From Centroscyllium fabricii (taxonomy: Eukaryota): a stretch of 64,000 nucleotides of DNA. Made by a program: the position numbers and the translations under genes. The notes beneath the pieces were generated by a model. It had not been told where the DNA came from. It saw nothing but the letters and a program-made list of their open reading frames with translations, and made no database searches. Numbering within the stretch: the stretch's first letter is position 1; every line of letters begins with the position of its first letter. The DNA is taken from the NCBI GenBank assembly GCA_051313645.2, contig JBNRSN020000118.1, positions 868,001 to 932,000 of the forward strand, in the 5' to 3' direction. Shown here one piece after another: positions 44,501 to 59,500 of the stretch.

Positions 44501-47500
44501 GCTGGAATTCGCCACAGAGGACCAGGGAATCTGCTGGAACTGGCTACAGAGGACCAGGGAATCTGCTGGAACTGGCCACAGAGGACCAGGAAATCTGCTG
44601 GAACTCACTACAGAGGACGAGGGTATCTGCTGGAACTCGCCACAGGGGACCAGGGAATCTGCTGGAACTCGCCACAGAGGACCAGGGAATCTGCTGGAAC
44701 TCGCCACTGATGACCAGGGAATCTGCTGGAACTCGCCACAGAGGACCAGGGAATCTGCTGGAACTGGCCACAGAGGACCAGGGAATCTGCTGGAACTCAC
44801 CACAGGGGACAAGGGAATCTGCTGGAACTCGCCACAGAGGACCAGGGAATCTGCTGGAACTCGCCACAGAGGACCAGGGAGTCTGCTGGAACTCGGCACA
44901 GACGACCAGGGAATCTGCTGGAACTCGCTACAGAGGACCAGGGAATCTGCTGGAACTCACCACAGAGGACCAGGGAATCTGCTGGAACTCGCCACAGAGG
45001 ACCAGGGAATCTGCTGGAGCTCGACACAGAGGACCAGGGAATCTGCTGGAACTCGCCACAGAGGACCAGGGAATCTGCTGGAATTCGCCACAGAGGACGA
45101 GGGAATCTGCTGGAACTCGCCACAGAGGACGAGGGAATCTGCTGGAATGCACCACAGAGGACCAGGGAATCTGCTGGAACTCGCCACAGAGGACCAGGGA
45201 ATCTGCTGGAACTCGCCACAGAGGACCAGGGAATCTGCTAGAACTCACCACAGAGGACCAGGGAGTCTGCTGGAACTCGCCAAAGAGGACCAGGGAATCT
45301 GCTGGAACTCACCACAGACGGCCAGGGAATCTGCTGGAACTCGCCAGAGAGGACCAGGGAATCTGCTGGAACTCGCCACAGAGTACCAGGGAATCTGCTG
45401 GAACTCGCCACAGAGGACCAGGGAATCTGCTGGAACTCGCCAAAGAGGACCAGGGAATCTGCTGGAACTCATCACAGATGGCCAGGGAATCTGCTGGAAC
45501 TCACCAGAGAGGACCAGGGAATCTGCTGGAACTCGCCACAGAGTACCAGGGAATCTGCTGGAACTCGCCAGAGAGGACCAGGGAATCTGCTGGAACTCGC
45601 CACAGAGGACCAGGGAATCTGCTGGAACTTGCCACAGAGGACCAGGAATCTGCTGGAACTCACCACAGAGGACCAGGGAATCTGCTGGAACTCGCCTCAG
45701 AGGACCAGGGAATCTGCTGGAACTCGCCACAGAGGACAAGGGAGTCTGCTGGAACTCGCCACTGATGACCAGGGAATCTGCTGGAACTCGCCACAGAGGA
45801 CCAGGGAATCTGCTGGAACCCACCACAGAGGACCAGGGAGTCTGCTGGAACTCGCCACTGATTACCAGGGAATCTGCTGGAACTCGCCACAGAGGACCAG
45901 GGAATCTGCTGGAACTGGCTACAGAGGACCAGGGAATCTGCTGGAACTGGGCACAGAGGACCAGGAAATCTGCTGGAACTCGCCACAGAGGACCAGGGAA
46001 TCTGCTGGAACTCGCCACGGGGGACCAGGGAATCTGCTGGAACTCGCCACAGAGGACCAGGGAATCTGCTGGAACTCGCCACTGATGACCAGGGAATCTG
46101 CTCGAACTCGCCACAGAGGACCAGGGAATCTGCTGGAACTGGCCACAGAGGACCAGGGAATCTGCTGGAACTCACCACAGGGGACCAGGGAATCTGCTGG
46201 AACTCGCCACAGAGGACCAGGGAATCTGCTGGAACTCGCCACAGAGGATCAGGGAGTCTGCTGGAACTCGGCACAGACGACCAGGGAATCTGCTGGAACT
46301 CGCTTCAGAGGACCAGGGAATCTGCTGGAACTCACCACAGAGGACCAGGGAATCTGCTGGAACTCGCCTCAGAGGACCAGGGAATCTGCTGGAACTCGAC
46401 ACAGAGGACCAGGGAATCTGCTGGAACTCGCCACAGAGGACCAGGGAATCTGCTGGAATTCACCACAGAGGACGAGGGAATCTGCTGGAACTCGCCACAG
46501 AGGACGAGGGAATCTGCTGGAATGCAACACAGAGGACCAGGGAATCTGCTGGAACTCGCCACAGAGGACCAGGGAATCTGCTGGAACTCGCCACAGAGGA
46601 CCAGGGAATCTGCTAGAACTCACCACAGAGGACCAGGGAGTCTGCTGGAACTCGCCAAAGAGGACCAGGGAATCTGCTGGAACTCACAACAGACGGCCAG
46701 GGAATCTGCTGGAACTCGCCAGAGAGGACCAGGGAATCTGCTGGAACTCGCCACAGAGTACCAGGGAATCTGCTGGAACTCGCCAGAGAGGACCAGGGAA
46801 TCTGCTGGAACTCGCCACAGAGGACCAGGGAATCTGCTGGAACTTGCCACAGAGGACCAGGAATCTGCTGGAACTTGCCACAGAGGACCAGGGAATCAGC
46901 TGGAACTCGCCACAGAGGACCAGGAAATCCGCTGGAACTCGCCACAGAGGTTCAGGGTATCTGCTGGAACTCGCCACAGAAGACCAGGGAATCTGCTAGA
47001 ACTAACCACAGAGGACCAGGGAATCTGCTGGAACTCGCGACAGACGACCAGGGAATCCGCTGGAACTCGCCACAGAGGACCAGGGAATCTGCTGGAACTC
47101 GCCACAGAGGACCAGGGAATCTGCTGGAACTCGCCACAGAGGACCAGGGAATCTGCTGGAACTCGCCACAGAGGACCAGGGAATCTGCTGGAACTCGCCA
47201 CAGAGGACCAGGGAATCTGCTGGAACTCGCCACAGAGGACCAGGGAATCTGCTGGAACTTGCCACAGAGGACCAGGGAGTCTGCTGGAACTCGACACTGA
47301 TGACCAGGGAATCTGCTGGAACTCGCCACAGAGGACCAGGGAATCTGCTGGAACTCACCACAGAGGACCAGGGAGTCTGCTGGAACGCGCCACTGATGAC
47401 CAGGGAATCTGCTGGAACTCGCCACAGAGGACCAGGGAATCTGCTGGAACTGGCTACAGAGGACCAGGGAATCTGCTGGAACTGGCCACAGAGGACCAGG

Positions 47501-50500
47501 GAATCTGCTGGAACTCACCACAGAGGACCAGGGAATCTGCTGGAACTCACCACAGGGGACCAGGGAATCTGCTGGAACTCGCCACAGAGGACCAGGGAAT
47601 CTGCTGGAACTCGCCACTGACGACCAGGGAATCTGCTGGAACTCGCCACAGAGGACCAGGGAATCTGCTGGAACTGGCCACAGAGGACCAGGGAATCTGC
47701 TGGAACTCACCACAGAGGACCAGGGAATCTGCTGGAACTCGCCACAGAGGACCAGGGAATCTGCTGGAACTCGCCACAGAGGACCAGGGAGTCTGCTGGA
47801 ACTCGCCACAGACGACCAGGGAATCTGCTGGAACTCGCTACAGAGGACCAGGGAACCTGCTGGAACTCACCACAGAGGACCAGGGAATCTGCTGGAACTC
47901 ACCACAGAGGACCAGGGAATCTGCTGGAACTCGACACAGAGGACAAGGGAATCTGCTGGAACTCACCACAGAGGACCAGGGAATCTGCTGGAACTCGCCA
48001 CAGAGGACCAGGGAATCTGCTGGAACTCGCCACAGAGGACGAGGGAATCTGCTGGAACTCGCCACAGAGGACCAGGGAATCTGCTGGAACTCGCCACAGA
48101 CGACCATGGAATCTGCTGGAACTCGCCACAGAGGACCTGGGAATCTGTTGGAACTCACCACAGAGGACCAGGGAATCTGCTGGAACTCACCACAGAGGAC
48201 CAGGGAGTCTGCTGGAACTCGCCACTGATTACCAGGGAATCTGCTGGAACTCGCCACAGAGGACCAGGGAATCTGCTGGAACTGGCTACAGAGGACCAGG
48301 GAATCTGCTGGAACTGGCCACAGAGGACCAGGAAATCTGCTGGAACTCGCCACAGAGGACCAGGGAATCTGCTGGAACTCCGCACAGGGGACCAGGGAAT
48401 CTGCTGGAACTCGCCACAGAGGACCAGGGAATCTGCTGGAACTCGCCACTGATGACCAGGGAATCTGCTGGAACTCGCCACAGGGGACCAGGGAATCTGC
48501 TGGAACTGGCCACAGAGGACCAGGGAATCTGCTGGAACTCACCACAGGGGACCAGGGAATCTGCTGGAACTCGCCACAGAGGACCAGGGAATCTGCTGGA
48601 ACTCGCCACAGAGGACCAGGGAGTCTGCTGGAACTCGGCAAAGACGACCAGGGAATCTGCTGGAACTCGCTACAGAGGACCAGGGAATCTGCTGGAACTC
48701 ACCACAGAGGACCAGGGAATCTGCTGGAACTCGCCACAGAGGACCAGGGAATATGCTGGAACTCGACACAGAGGACCAGGGAATCTGCTGGAACTCGCCA
48801 CAGAGGACCAGGGAATCTGCTGGAATTCGCCACAGAGGACGAGGGAATCTGCTGGAACTCGCCACAGAGGACGAGGGAATCTGCTGGAATGCACCACAGA
48901 GGACCAGGGAATCTGCTGGAACTCGCCACAGAGGACCAGGGAATCTGCTGGAACTCGCCACAGAGGACCAGGGAATCTGCTAGAACTCACCACAGAGGAC
49001 CAGGGAGTCTGCTGGAACTCGCCAAAGAGGACCAGGGAATCTGCTGGAACACACCACAGACGGCCAGGGAATCTGCTGGAACTCGCCAGAGAGGACCAGG
49101 GAATCTGCTGGAACTCGCCACAGAATACCAGGGAATCTGCTGGAACTCGCCAGAGAGGACCAGGGAATCTGCTGGAACTCGCCAAAGAGGACCAGGGAAT
49201 CTGCTGGAACTCACCACAGACGGCCAGGGAATCTGCTGGAACTCGCCAGAGAGGACCAGGGAATCTGCTGGAACTCGCCACAGAGTACCAGGGAATCTGC
49301 TGGAACTCGCCAGAGAGGACCAGGGAATCTGCTGGAACTCGCCACAGAGGACCAGGGAATCTGCTGGAACTTGCCACAGAGGACCAGGAATCTGCTGGAA
49401 CTCACCACAGAGGACCAGGGAATCTGCTGGAACTCGCCTCAGAGGACCAGGGAATCTGCTGGAACTCGCCACAGAGGACAAGGGAGTCTGCTGGAACTCG
49501 CCACTGATGACCAGGGAATCTGCTGGAACTCGCCACAGAGGACCAGGGAATCTGCTGGAACTCACCACAGAGGACCAGGGAGTCTGCTGGAACTCGCCAC
49601 TGATTACCAGGGAATCTGCTGGAACTCGCCACAGAGGACCAGGGAATCTGCTGGAACTGGCTACAGAGGACCAGGGAATCTGCTGGAACTGGCCACAGAG
49701 GACCAGGAAATCTGCTGGAACTCGCCACAGAGGACCAGGGAATCTGCTGGAACTCGCCACAGGGGACCAGGGAATCTGCTGGAACTCGCCACAGAGGACC
49801 AGGGAATCTGCTGGAACTCGCCACTGATGACCAGGGAATCTGCTGGAACTCGCCAGAGAGGACCAGGGAATCTGCTGGAACTGGCCACAGAGGACCAGGG
49901 AATCTGCTGGAACTCACCACAGGGGACCAGGGAATCTGCTGGAACTCGCCACAGAGGACCAGGGAATCTGCTGGAACTCGCCACAGAGGACCAGGCAGTC
50001 TGCTGGAACTCGGCACAGACGACCAGGGAATCTGCTGGAACTCGCTACAGAGGACCAGGGAATCTGCTGGAACTCACCTCAGAGGACCAGGGAATCTGCT
50101 GGAACTCGCCACAGAGGACCAGGGAATCTGCTGGAACTCGACACAGAGGACCAGGGAATCTGCTGGAACTCGCCACAGAGGACCAGGGAATCTGCTGGAA
50201 TTCGCCACAGAGGACGAGGGAATCTGCTGGAACTCGCCACAGAGGACGAGGGAATCTGCTGGAATGCACCACAGAGGACCAGGGAATCTGCTGGAACTCG
50301 CCACAGAGGACCAGGGAATCTGCTGGAACTCGCCACAGAGGACCAGGGAATCTGCTAGAACTCACCACAGAGGACCAGGGAGTCTGCTGGAACTCGCCAA
50401 AGAGGACCAGGGAATCTGCTGGAACTCACCACAGACGGCCAGGGAATCTGCTGGAACTCGCCAGAGAGGACCAGGGAATCTGCTGGAACTCACCACAGAG

Positions 50501-53500
50501 GACCAGGGAATCTGCTGGGACTCGCCACAGAGGACCAGGGAATCTGCTGGAACACGCCACAGAGGACCAGGGAATCTGCTGGAACTCGCCACAGAGGACC
50601 AGGGAATCTGCTGGAACTCGCCACAGACGACCAGGGAGTCTGCTGGAACTCGCCACAGAGGACCAGGGAGTCTGCTGGAACTCGCCACAGAGGACCAGGG
50701 AATCTGCTGGAAATCACCACAGAGGACCAGGGAATCTGCTGGAACTCACCAGAGAGGACCAGGGAATATGCTGTATCTCGCCACAGAGGACTAGGGAATC
50801 TGCTGGAACTCACCAGAGAGGACCAGGGAATCTGCTGGAACTCGCCACAGAGGACCAGGGAATCTGCTGGAACTCACCACAGAGGACCAGGGAATCTGCT
50901 GGAACTCGCCACAGAGGACCAGGGAGTCTGCTGGAACTCGCCACAGAGGACCAGGGAATCTGCTGGAACTCGCCACAGACGACCAGGGAATCTGCTGGAT
51001 CTCGCCACAGAGGACCAGGGACTCTGCTGGAAATCGCAACAGAGGACCAGGGAATGTGCTGAAACTCGCCACAGAGGAACAGGGAATCTGCTGGAACTCG
51101 CCACAGAGGACCAGGGAATCTGCTGGAACTCACCACAGAGGACCAGGGAATCTGCTGGAACTCGCCACAGAGGACCAGGGAATCTGCTGGAACTCACCAC
51201 AGAGGATCAGGGAATCTGCTGGAACTCACCACAGAGGACCAGGGAATCTGCTGGAACTCGCCACAGAGGACCAGGGAATCTGCTAGAATTCACCACAGAG
51301 GACCAGGGAATCTGCTGGAAGTTGCCACAGAGGACCAGGGAATCTACTGGAACTCACCAGAGAGGACCAGGTAATCTGCTGGAACTCACCAGAGAGGACC
51401 AGGGAATCTGCTGGAACTCGCCACAGAGGACCAGGGAATCTGCTGGAACTCGCCACAGATGACCAGGGAGGCTGCTGGAACTCGCCACAGACGACCAGGG
51501 AAACTGCTGGAACTCGCCACAGAGGACCAGGGAATCTGCTGGAACTCGCCACAGAGGACCAGGGAATCTGCTGGAAACCGCCACAGAGGACCAGGGAATC
51601 TGCTGGAACTCGCCACAGTGGACCAGGTAATCTGCTGGAACTCGACACAGAGGACCAGGGAATCTGCTTGAACTCGCCACAGAGGACCAGTGAATCTGCT
51701 GGAACTCGCCACAGAGGACCAGGGAATCTGCTGGAACTCGCCACAGAGGACCAGGGAATCTGCTGGAACTCACCACAGAGGACCAGGGAATCTGCTGGAA
51801 CTCGCCACAGAGGACCAGGGAGTCTGCTGGAACTCGCCACAGAGGACCAGGGAATCTGCTGGAACTCGCCACAGACGACCAGGGAATCTGCTGGATCTCG
51901 CCACAGAGGACCAGGGAACCTGCTGGAAATCGCCACAGAGGACCAGGGAATGTGCTGAAACTCGCCACAGAGGAACAGGGAATCTGCTGGAACTCGCCAC
52001 AGAGGACCAGGGAATCTGCTGGAACTCACCACAGAGGACCAGGGAATCTGCTGGAACTCGCCATAGAGGACCAGGGAATCTGCTGGAACTCACCACAGAG
52101 GACCAGGGAATCTGCTGGAACTCACCACAGAGGACCAGGGAATCTGCTGGAACTCGCCACAGAGGACCAGGGAATCTGCTAGAATTCACCACAGAGGACC
52201 AGGGAATCTGCTGGAAGTTGCCACAGAGGACCAGGGAATCTACTGGAACTCACCAGAGAGGACCAGGTAATCTGCTGGAACTCACCAGAGAGGACCAGGG
52301 AATCTGCTGGAACTCGCCACAGAGGACCAGGGAATCTGCTGGAACTCGCCACAGATGACCAGGGAGGCTGCTGGAACTCGCCACAGACGACCAGGGAAAC
52401 TGCTGGAACTCGCCACAGAGGACCAGGGAATCTGCTGGAACTCGCCACAGAGGACCAGGGAATCTGCTGGAAACCGCCACAGAGGACCAGGGAATCTGCT
52501 GGAACTCGCCACAGAGGACCAGGTAATCTGCTGGAACTCGACACAGAGGACCAGGGAATCTGCTTGAACTCGCCACAGAGGACCAGTGAATCTGCTGGAA
52601 CTCGCCACAGAGGACCAGGGAATCTGCTGGAACTCGCCACAGAGGACAAAGGAATCTGCTGGAACTCGCCACAGAGGACGTGGGAATCTGCTGGAATGCT
52701 CCACAGAGGACCAGGGAATCTGCTGGAACTCGCCACAGAGGACCAGGGAATCTGCTGGAACTCGCCACAGAGGACCAGGGAATCTGCTAGAACTCACCAC
52801 AGAGGACCAGGGAGTCTGCTGGAACTCGCCAAAGAGGACCAGGGAATCTGCTGGAACTCACCACAGACGACCAGGGAATCTGCTGGAACTCGCCAGAGAG
52901 GACCAGGGAATCTGCTGGAACTCGCCACAGAGTACCAGGAAATCTGCTGGAACTCGCCAGAGAGGACCAGGGAATCTGCTGGAACTCGCCACAGAGGACC
53001 AGGGAGTCTGCTGGAACTTGCCACAGAGGACCAGGAATCTGCTGGAACTTGCCACAGAGGACCAGGGAATCTGCTGGAACTCGCCACAGAGGACCAGGGA
53101 ATCCGTTGGAACTTGCCACAGAGGATCAGGGAATCTGCTGGAACTCGCCACAGAGGACCAGGGAATCTGCTAGAACTCACCACAGAGGACCAGGGAATCT
53201 GCTGGAACTCGCCACAGACGACCAGGGAATCTGCTGGAACTCGCCACAGAGGACCAGGGAATCTGCTGGAACTCGCCACAGAGGACCAGAGAATCTGCTG
53301 GAACTCGCCACAGAGGACCAGGGAATCTGCTGGAACTCACCACAGAGGACCAGGGAATCTGCTGGAACTCGCCTCAGAGGACCAGGGAATCTGCTGGAAC
53401 TCGCCACAGAGGACAAGGGAGTCTGCTGGAACTCGCCACTGATGACCAGGAAATCTGCTGGAACTCGCCACAGAGGACCAGGGAATCTGCTGGAACTCAC

Positions 53501-56500
53501 CACAGAGGACCAGGGAAGCTGCTGGATCTCGCCACAGAGGACCAGGGAATCTGCTGGAACTCACCAGAGAGGACCAGGGAATCTGCTGGAACTCACCACA
53601 GAGGACCAGGGAATCTGCTGGAACTCGCCACAGAGGACCAGGGAATCTGCTGGAACTCGCCACAGAGGACCAGGGAATCTGCTGGAACTCGCCACAGAGG
53701 ACCAGGGAATCTGCTGGGACTCGCCACAGAGGACCAGGGAATCTGCTGGAACACGCCACAGAGGACCAGGGAATCTGCTGGAACTCGCCACAGAGGACCA
53801 GGGAATCTGCTGGAACTCGCCACAGACGACCAGGGAGTCTGCTGGAACTCGCCACAGAGGACCAGGGAGTCTGCTGGAACTCGCCACAGAGGACCAGGGA
53901 ATCTGCTGGAACTCACCACAGAGGACCAGGGAATCTGCTGGAACTCACCAGAGAGGACCAGGGAATATGCTGTATCTCGCCACAGAGGACCAGGGAATCT
54001 GCTGGAACTCACCAGAGTGGACCAGGGAATCTGCTGGAACTCGCCACAGAGGACCAGGGAATCTGCTGGAACTCGCCACAGAGGACCAGGGAATCTGCTG
54101 GAACTCGCCACAGAGGACCAGGGAGTCTGCTGGAACTCGCCACAGAGGACCAGGGAATCGGCTGGAACTCGCCACAGACGACCAGGGAATCTGCTGGATC
54201 TCGCCACAGAGGACCAGCGAACCTGCTGGAAATCGCCACAGAGGACCAGGGAATCTGCTGAAACTCGCCACAGAGGAACAGGGAATCTGCTGGAACTCGC
54301 CACAGAGGACCAGGGAATCTGCTGGAACTCGCCACAGAGGAACAGGGAATCTGCTGGAACTCGCCACAGAGGACCAGGGAATCTGCTGGAACTCACCACA
54401 GAGGACCAGGGAATCTGCTGGAACTCACCACAGGGGACCAGGGAATCTGCTGGAACTCGCCACAGAGGACCAGGGAATCTGCTAGAATTCACCACAGAGG
54501 ACCAGGGAATCTGCTGGAAGTTGCCACAGAGGACCAGGGAATCTACTGGAACTCACCAGAGAGGACCAGGTAATCTGCTGGAACTCACCAGAGAGGACCA
54601 GGGAATCTGCTGGAACTCGCCACAGAGGACCAGGGAATCTGCTGGAACTCGCCACAGATGACCAGGGAGGCTGCTGGAACTCGCCACAGACGACCAGGGA
54701 AACTGCTGGAACTCGCCACAGAGGACCAGGGAATCTGCTGGAACTCACCACAGAGGACCAGGGAATCTGCTGGAACTCGCCACAGAGGACCAGGGAATCT
54801 GCTAGAATTCACCACAGAGGACCAGGGAATCTGCTGGAAGTTGCCACAGAGGACCAGGTAATCTACTGGAACTCACCAGAGAGGACCAGGAAATCTGCTG
54901 GAACTCACCAGAGAGGACCAGGGAATCTGCTGGAACTCGCCACAGAGGACCAGGGAATCTGCTGGAACTCGCCACAGATGACCAGGGAGGCTGCTGGAAC
55001 TCGCCACAGACGACCAGGGAAACTGCTGGAACTCGCCACAGAGGACCAGGGAATCTGCTGGAACTCGCCACAGAGGACCAGGGAATCTGCTGGAAACCGC
55101 CACAGAGGACCAGGGAATCTGCTGGAACTCGCCACAGAGGACCAGGTAATCTGCTGGAACTCGACACAGAGGACCAGGGAATCTGCTTGAACTCGCCACA
55201 GAGGACCAGTGAATCTGCTGGAACTCGCCACAGAGGACCAGGGAATCTGCTGGAACTCGCCACAGAGGACCAAGGAATCTGCTGGAACTCGCCACAGAGG
55301 ACGTGGGAATCTGCTGGAATGCTCCACAGAGGACCAGGGAATCTGCTGGAACTCGCCACAGAGGACCAGGGAATCTGCTGGAACTCGCCACAGAGGACCA
55401 GGGAATCTGCTAGAACTCACCACAGAGGACCAGGGAGTCTGCTGGAACTCGCCAAAGAGGACCAGGGAATCTGCTGGAACTCACCACAGACGACCAGGGA
55501 ATCTGCTGGAACTCGCCAGAGAGGACCAGGGAATCTGCTGGAACTCGCCACAGAGTACCAGGAAATCTGCTGGAACTCGCCAGAGAGGACCAGGGAATCT
55601 GCTGGAACTCGCCACAGAGGACCAGGGAGTCTGCTGGAACTTGCCACAGAGGACCAGGAATCTGCTGGAACTTGCCACAGAGGACCAGGGAATCTGCTGG
55701 AACTCGCCACAGAGGACCAGGGAATCCGTTGGAACTTGCCACAGAGGATCAGGGAATCTGCTGGAACTCGCCACAGAGGACCAGGGAATCTGCTAGAACT
55801 CACCACAGAGGACCAGGGAATCTGCTGGAACTCGCCACAGACGACCAGGGAATCTGCTGGAACTCGCCACAGAGGACCAGGGAATCTGCTGGAACTCGCC
55901 ACAGAGGACCAGAGAATCTGCTGGAACTCGCCACAGAGGACCAGGGAATCTGCTGGAACTCACCACAGAGGACCAGGGAATCTGCTGGAACTCGCCTCAG
56001 AGGACCAGGGAATCTGCTGGAACTCGCCACAGAGGACAAGGGAGTCTGCTGGAACTCGCCACTGATGACCAGGAAATCTGCTGGAACTCGCCACAGAGGA
56101 CCAGGGAATCTGCTGGAACTCACCACAGAGGACCAGGGAAGCTGCTGGATCTCGCCACAGAGGACCAGGGAATCTGCTGGAACTCACCAGAGAGGACCAG
56201 GGAATCTGCTGGAACTCACCACAGAGGACCAGGGAATCTGCTGGAACTCGCCACAGAGGACCAGGGAATCTGCTGGAACTCGCCACAGAGGACCAGGGAA
56301 TCTGCTGGAACTCGCCACAGAGGACCAGGGAATCTGCTGGGACTCGCCACAGAGGACCAGGGAATCTGCTGGAACACGCCACAGAGGACCAGGGAATCTG
56401 CTGGAACTCGCCACAGAGGACCAGGGAATCTGCTGGAACTCGCCACAGACGACCAGGGAGTCTGCTGGAACTCGCCACAGAGGACCAGGGAGTCTGCTGG

Positions 56501-59500
56501 AACTCGCCACAGAGGACCAGTGAATCTGCTGGAACTCACCACAGAGGACCAGGGAATCTGCTGGAACTCACCAGAGAGGACCAGGGAATATGCTGTATCT
56601 CGCCACAGAGGACCAGGGAATCTGCTGGAACTCACCAGAGAGGACCAGGGAATCTGCTGGAACTCGCCACAGAGGACCAGGGAATCTGCTGGAACTCGCC
56701 ACAGAGGACCAGGGAATCTGCTGGAACTCGCCACAGAGGACCAGGGAGTCTGCTGGAACTCGCCACAGAGGACCAGGGAATCGGCTGGAACTCGCCACAG
56801 ACGACCAGGGAATCTGCTGGATCTCGCCACAGAGGACCAGCGAACCTGCTGGAAATCGCCACAGAGGACCAGGGAATCTGCTGAAACTCGCCACAGAGGA
56901 ACAGGGAATCTGCTGGAACTCGCCACAGAGGACCAGGGAATCTGCTGGAACTCGCCACAGAGGACCAGGGAATCTGCTGGAACTCGCCACAGAGGACCAG
57001 GGAATCTGCTGGAACTCACCACAGAGGACCAGGGAATCTGCTGGAACTCACCACAGGGGACCAGGGAATCTGCTGGAACTCGCCACAGAGGACCAGGGAA
57101 TCTGCTAGAATTCACCACAGAGGACCAGGGAATCTGCTGGAAGTTGCCACAGAGGACCAGGGAATCTACTGGAACTCACCAGAGAGGACCAGGTAATCTG
57201 CTGGAACTCACCAGAGAGGACCAGGGAATCTGCTGGAACTCGCCACAGAGGACCAGGGAATCTGCTGGAACTCGCCACAGATGACCAGGGAGGCTGCTGG
57301 AACTCGCCACAGACGACCAGGGAAACTGCTGGAACTCGCCACAGAGGACCAGGGAATCTGCTGGAACTCACCACAGAGGACCAGGGAATCTGCTGGAACT
57401 CACCACAGAGGACCAGGGAATCTGCTAGAATTCACCACAGAGGACCAGGGAATCTGCTGGAAGTTGCCACAGAGGACCAGGGAATCTACTGGAACTCACC
57501 AGAGAGGACCAGGAAATCTGCTGGAACTCACCAGAGAGGACCAGGGAATCTGCTGGAACTCGCCACAGAGGACCAGGGAATCTGCTGGAACTCGCCACAG
57601 AGGACCAGGGAATCTGCTGGAACTCGCCACAGAGGACCAGGGAATCTGCTAGAATTCACCACAGAGGACCAGGGAATCTGCTGGAAGTTGCCACAGAGGA
57701 CCAGGGAATCTACTGGAACTCACCAGAGAGGACCAGGAAATCTGCTGGAACTCACCAGAGAGGACCAGGGAATCTGCTGGAACTCGCCACAGAGGACCAG
57801 GGAATCTGCTGGAACTCGCCACAGAGGACCAGGGAATCTGCTGGAACTCGCCACAGAGGACCAGGGAATCTGCTGGAACTCACCACAGAGGACCAGGGAA
57901 TCTGCTGGAACTCACCACAGGGGACCAGGGAATCTGCTGGAACTCGCCACAGAGGACCAGGGAATCTGCTAGAATTCACCACAGAGGACGAGGGAATCTG
58001 CTGGAAGTTGCCACAGAGGACCAGGGAATCTACTGGAACTCACCAGAGAGGACCAGGGAATCTGCTGGAACTCGCCACAGTGGACCAGGTAATCTGCTGG
58101 AACTCGACACAGAGGACCAGGGAATCTGCTTGAACTCGCCACAGAGGACCAGTGAATCTGCTGGAACTCGCCACAGAGGACCAGGGAATCTGCTGGAACT
58201 CGCCACAGAGGACCAGGGAATCTGCTGGAACTCACCACAGAGGACCAGGGAATCTGCTGGAACTCGCCACAGAGGACCAGGGAGTCTGCTGGAACTCGCC
58301 ACAGAGGACCAGGGAATCTGCTGGAACTCGCCACAGACGACCAGGGAATCTGCTGGATCTCGCCACAGAGGACCAGGGAACCTGCTGGAAATCGCCACAG
58401 AGGACCAGGGAATGTGCTGAAACTCGCCACAGAGGAACAGGGAATCTGCTGGAACTCGCCACAGAGGACCAGGGAATCTGCTGGAACTCACCACAGAGGA
58501 CCAGGGAATCTGCTGGAACTCGCCATAGAGGACCAGGGAATCTGCTGGAACTCACCACAGTGGACCAGGGAATCTGCTGGAACTCACCACAGAGGACCAG
58601 GGAATCTGCTGGAACTCGCCACAGAGGACCAGGGAATCTGCTAGAATTCACCACAGAGGACCAGGGAATCTGCTGGAAGTTGCCACAGAGGACCAGGGAA
58701 TCTACTGGAACTCACCAGAGAGGACCAGGTAATCTGCTGGAACTCACCAGAGAGGACCAGGGAATCTGCTGGAACTCGCCACAGAGGACCAGGGAATCTG
58801 CTGGAACTCGCCACAGATGACCAGGGAGGCTGCTGGAACTCGCCACAGACGACCAGGGAAACTGCTGGAACTCGCCACAGAGGACCAGGGAATCTGCTGG
58901 AACTCGCCACAGAGGACCAGGGAATCTGCTGGAAACCGCCACAGAGGACCAGGGAATCTGCTGGAACTCGCCACAGAGGACCAGGTAATCTGCTGGAACT
59001 CGACACAGAGGACCAGGGAATCTGCTTGAACTCGCCACAGAGGACCAGTGAATCTGCTGGAACTCGCCACAGAGGACCAGGGAATCTGCTGGAACTCGCC
59101 ACAGAGGACAAAGGAATCTGCTGGAACTCGCCACAGAGGACGTGGGAATCTGCTGGAATGCTCCACAGAGGACCAGGGAATCTGCTGGAACTCGCCACAG
59201 AGGACCAGGGAATCTGCTGGAACTCGCCACAGAGGACCAGGGAATCTGCTAGAACTCACCACAGAGGACCAGGGAGTCTGCTGGAACTCGCCAAAGAGGA
59301 CCAGGGAATCTGCTGGAACTCACCACAGACGACCAGGGAATCTGCTGGAACTCGCCAGAGAGGACCAGGGAATCTGCTGGAACTCGCCACAGAGTACCAG
59401 GAAATCTGCTGGAACTCGCCAGAAAGGACCAGGGAATCTGCTGGAACTCGCCACAGAGGACCAGGGAGTCTGCTGGAACTTGCCACAGAGGACCAGGAAT

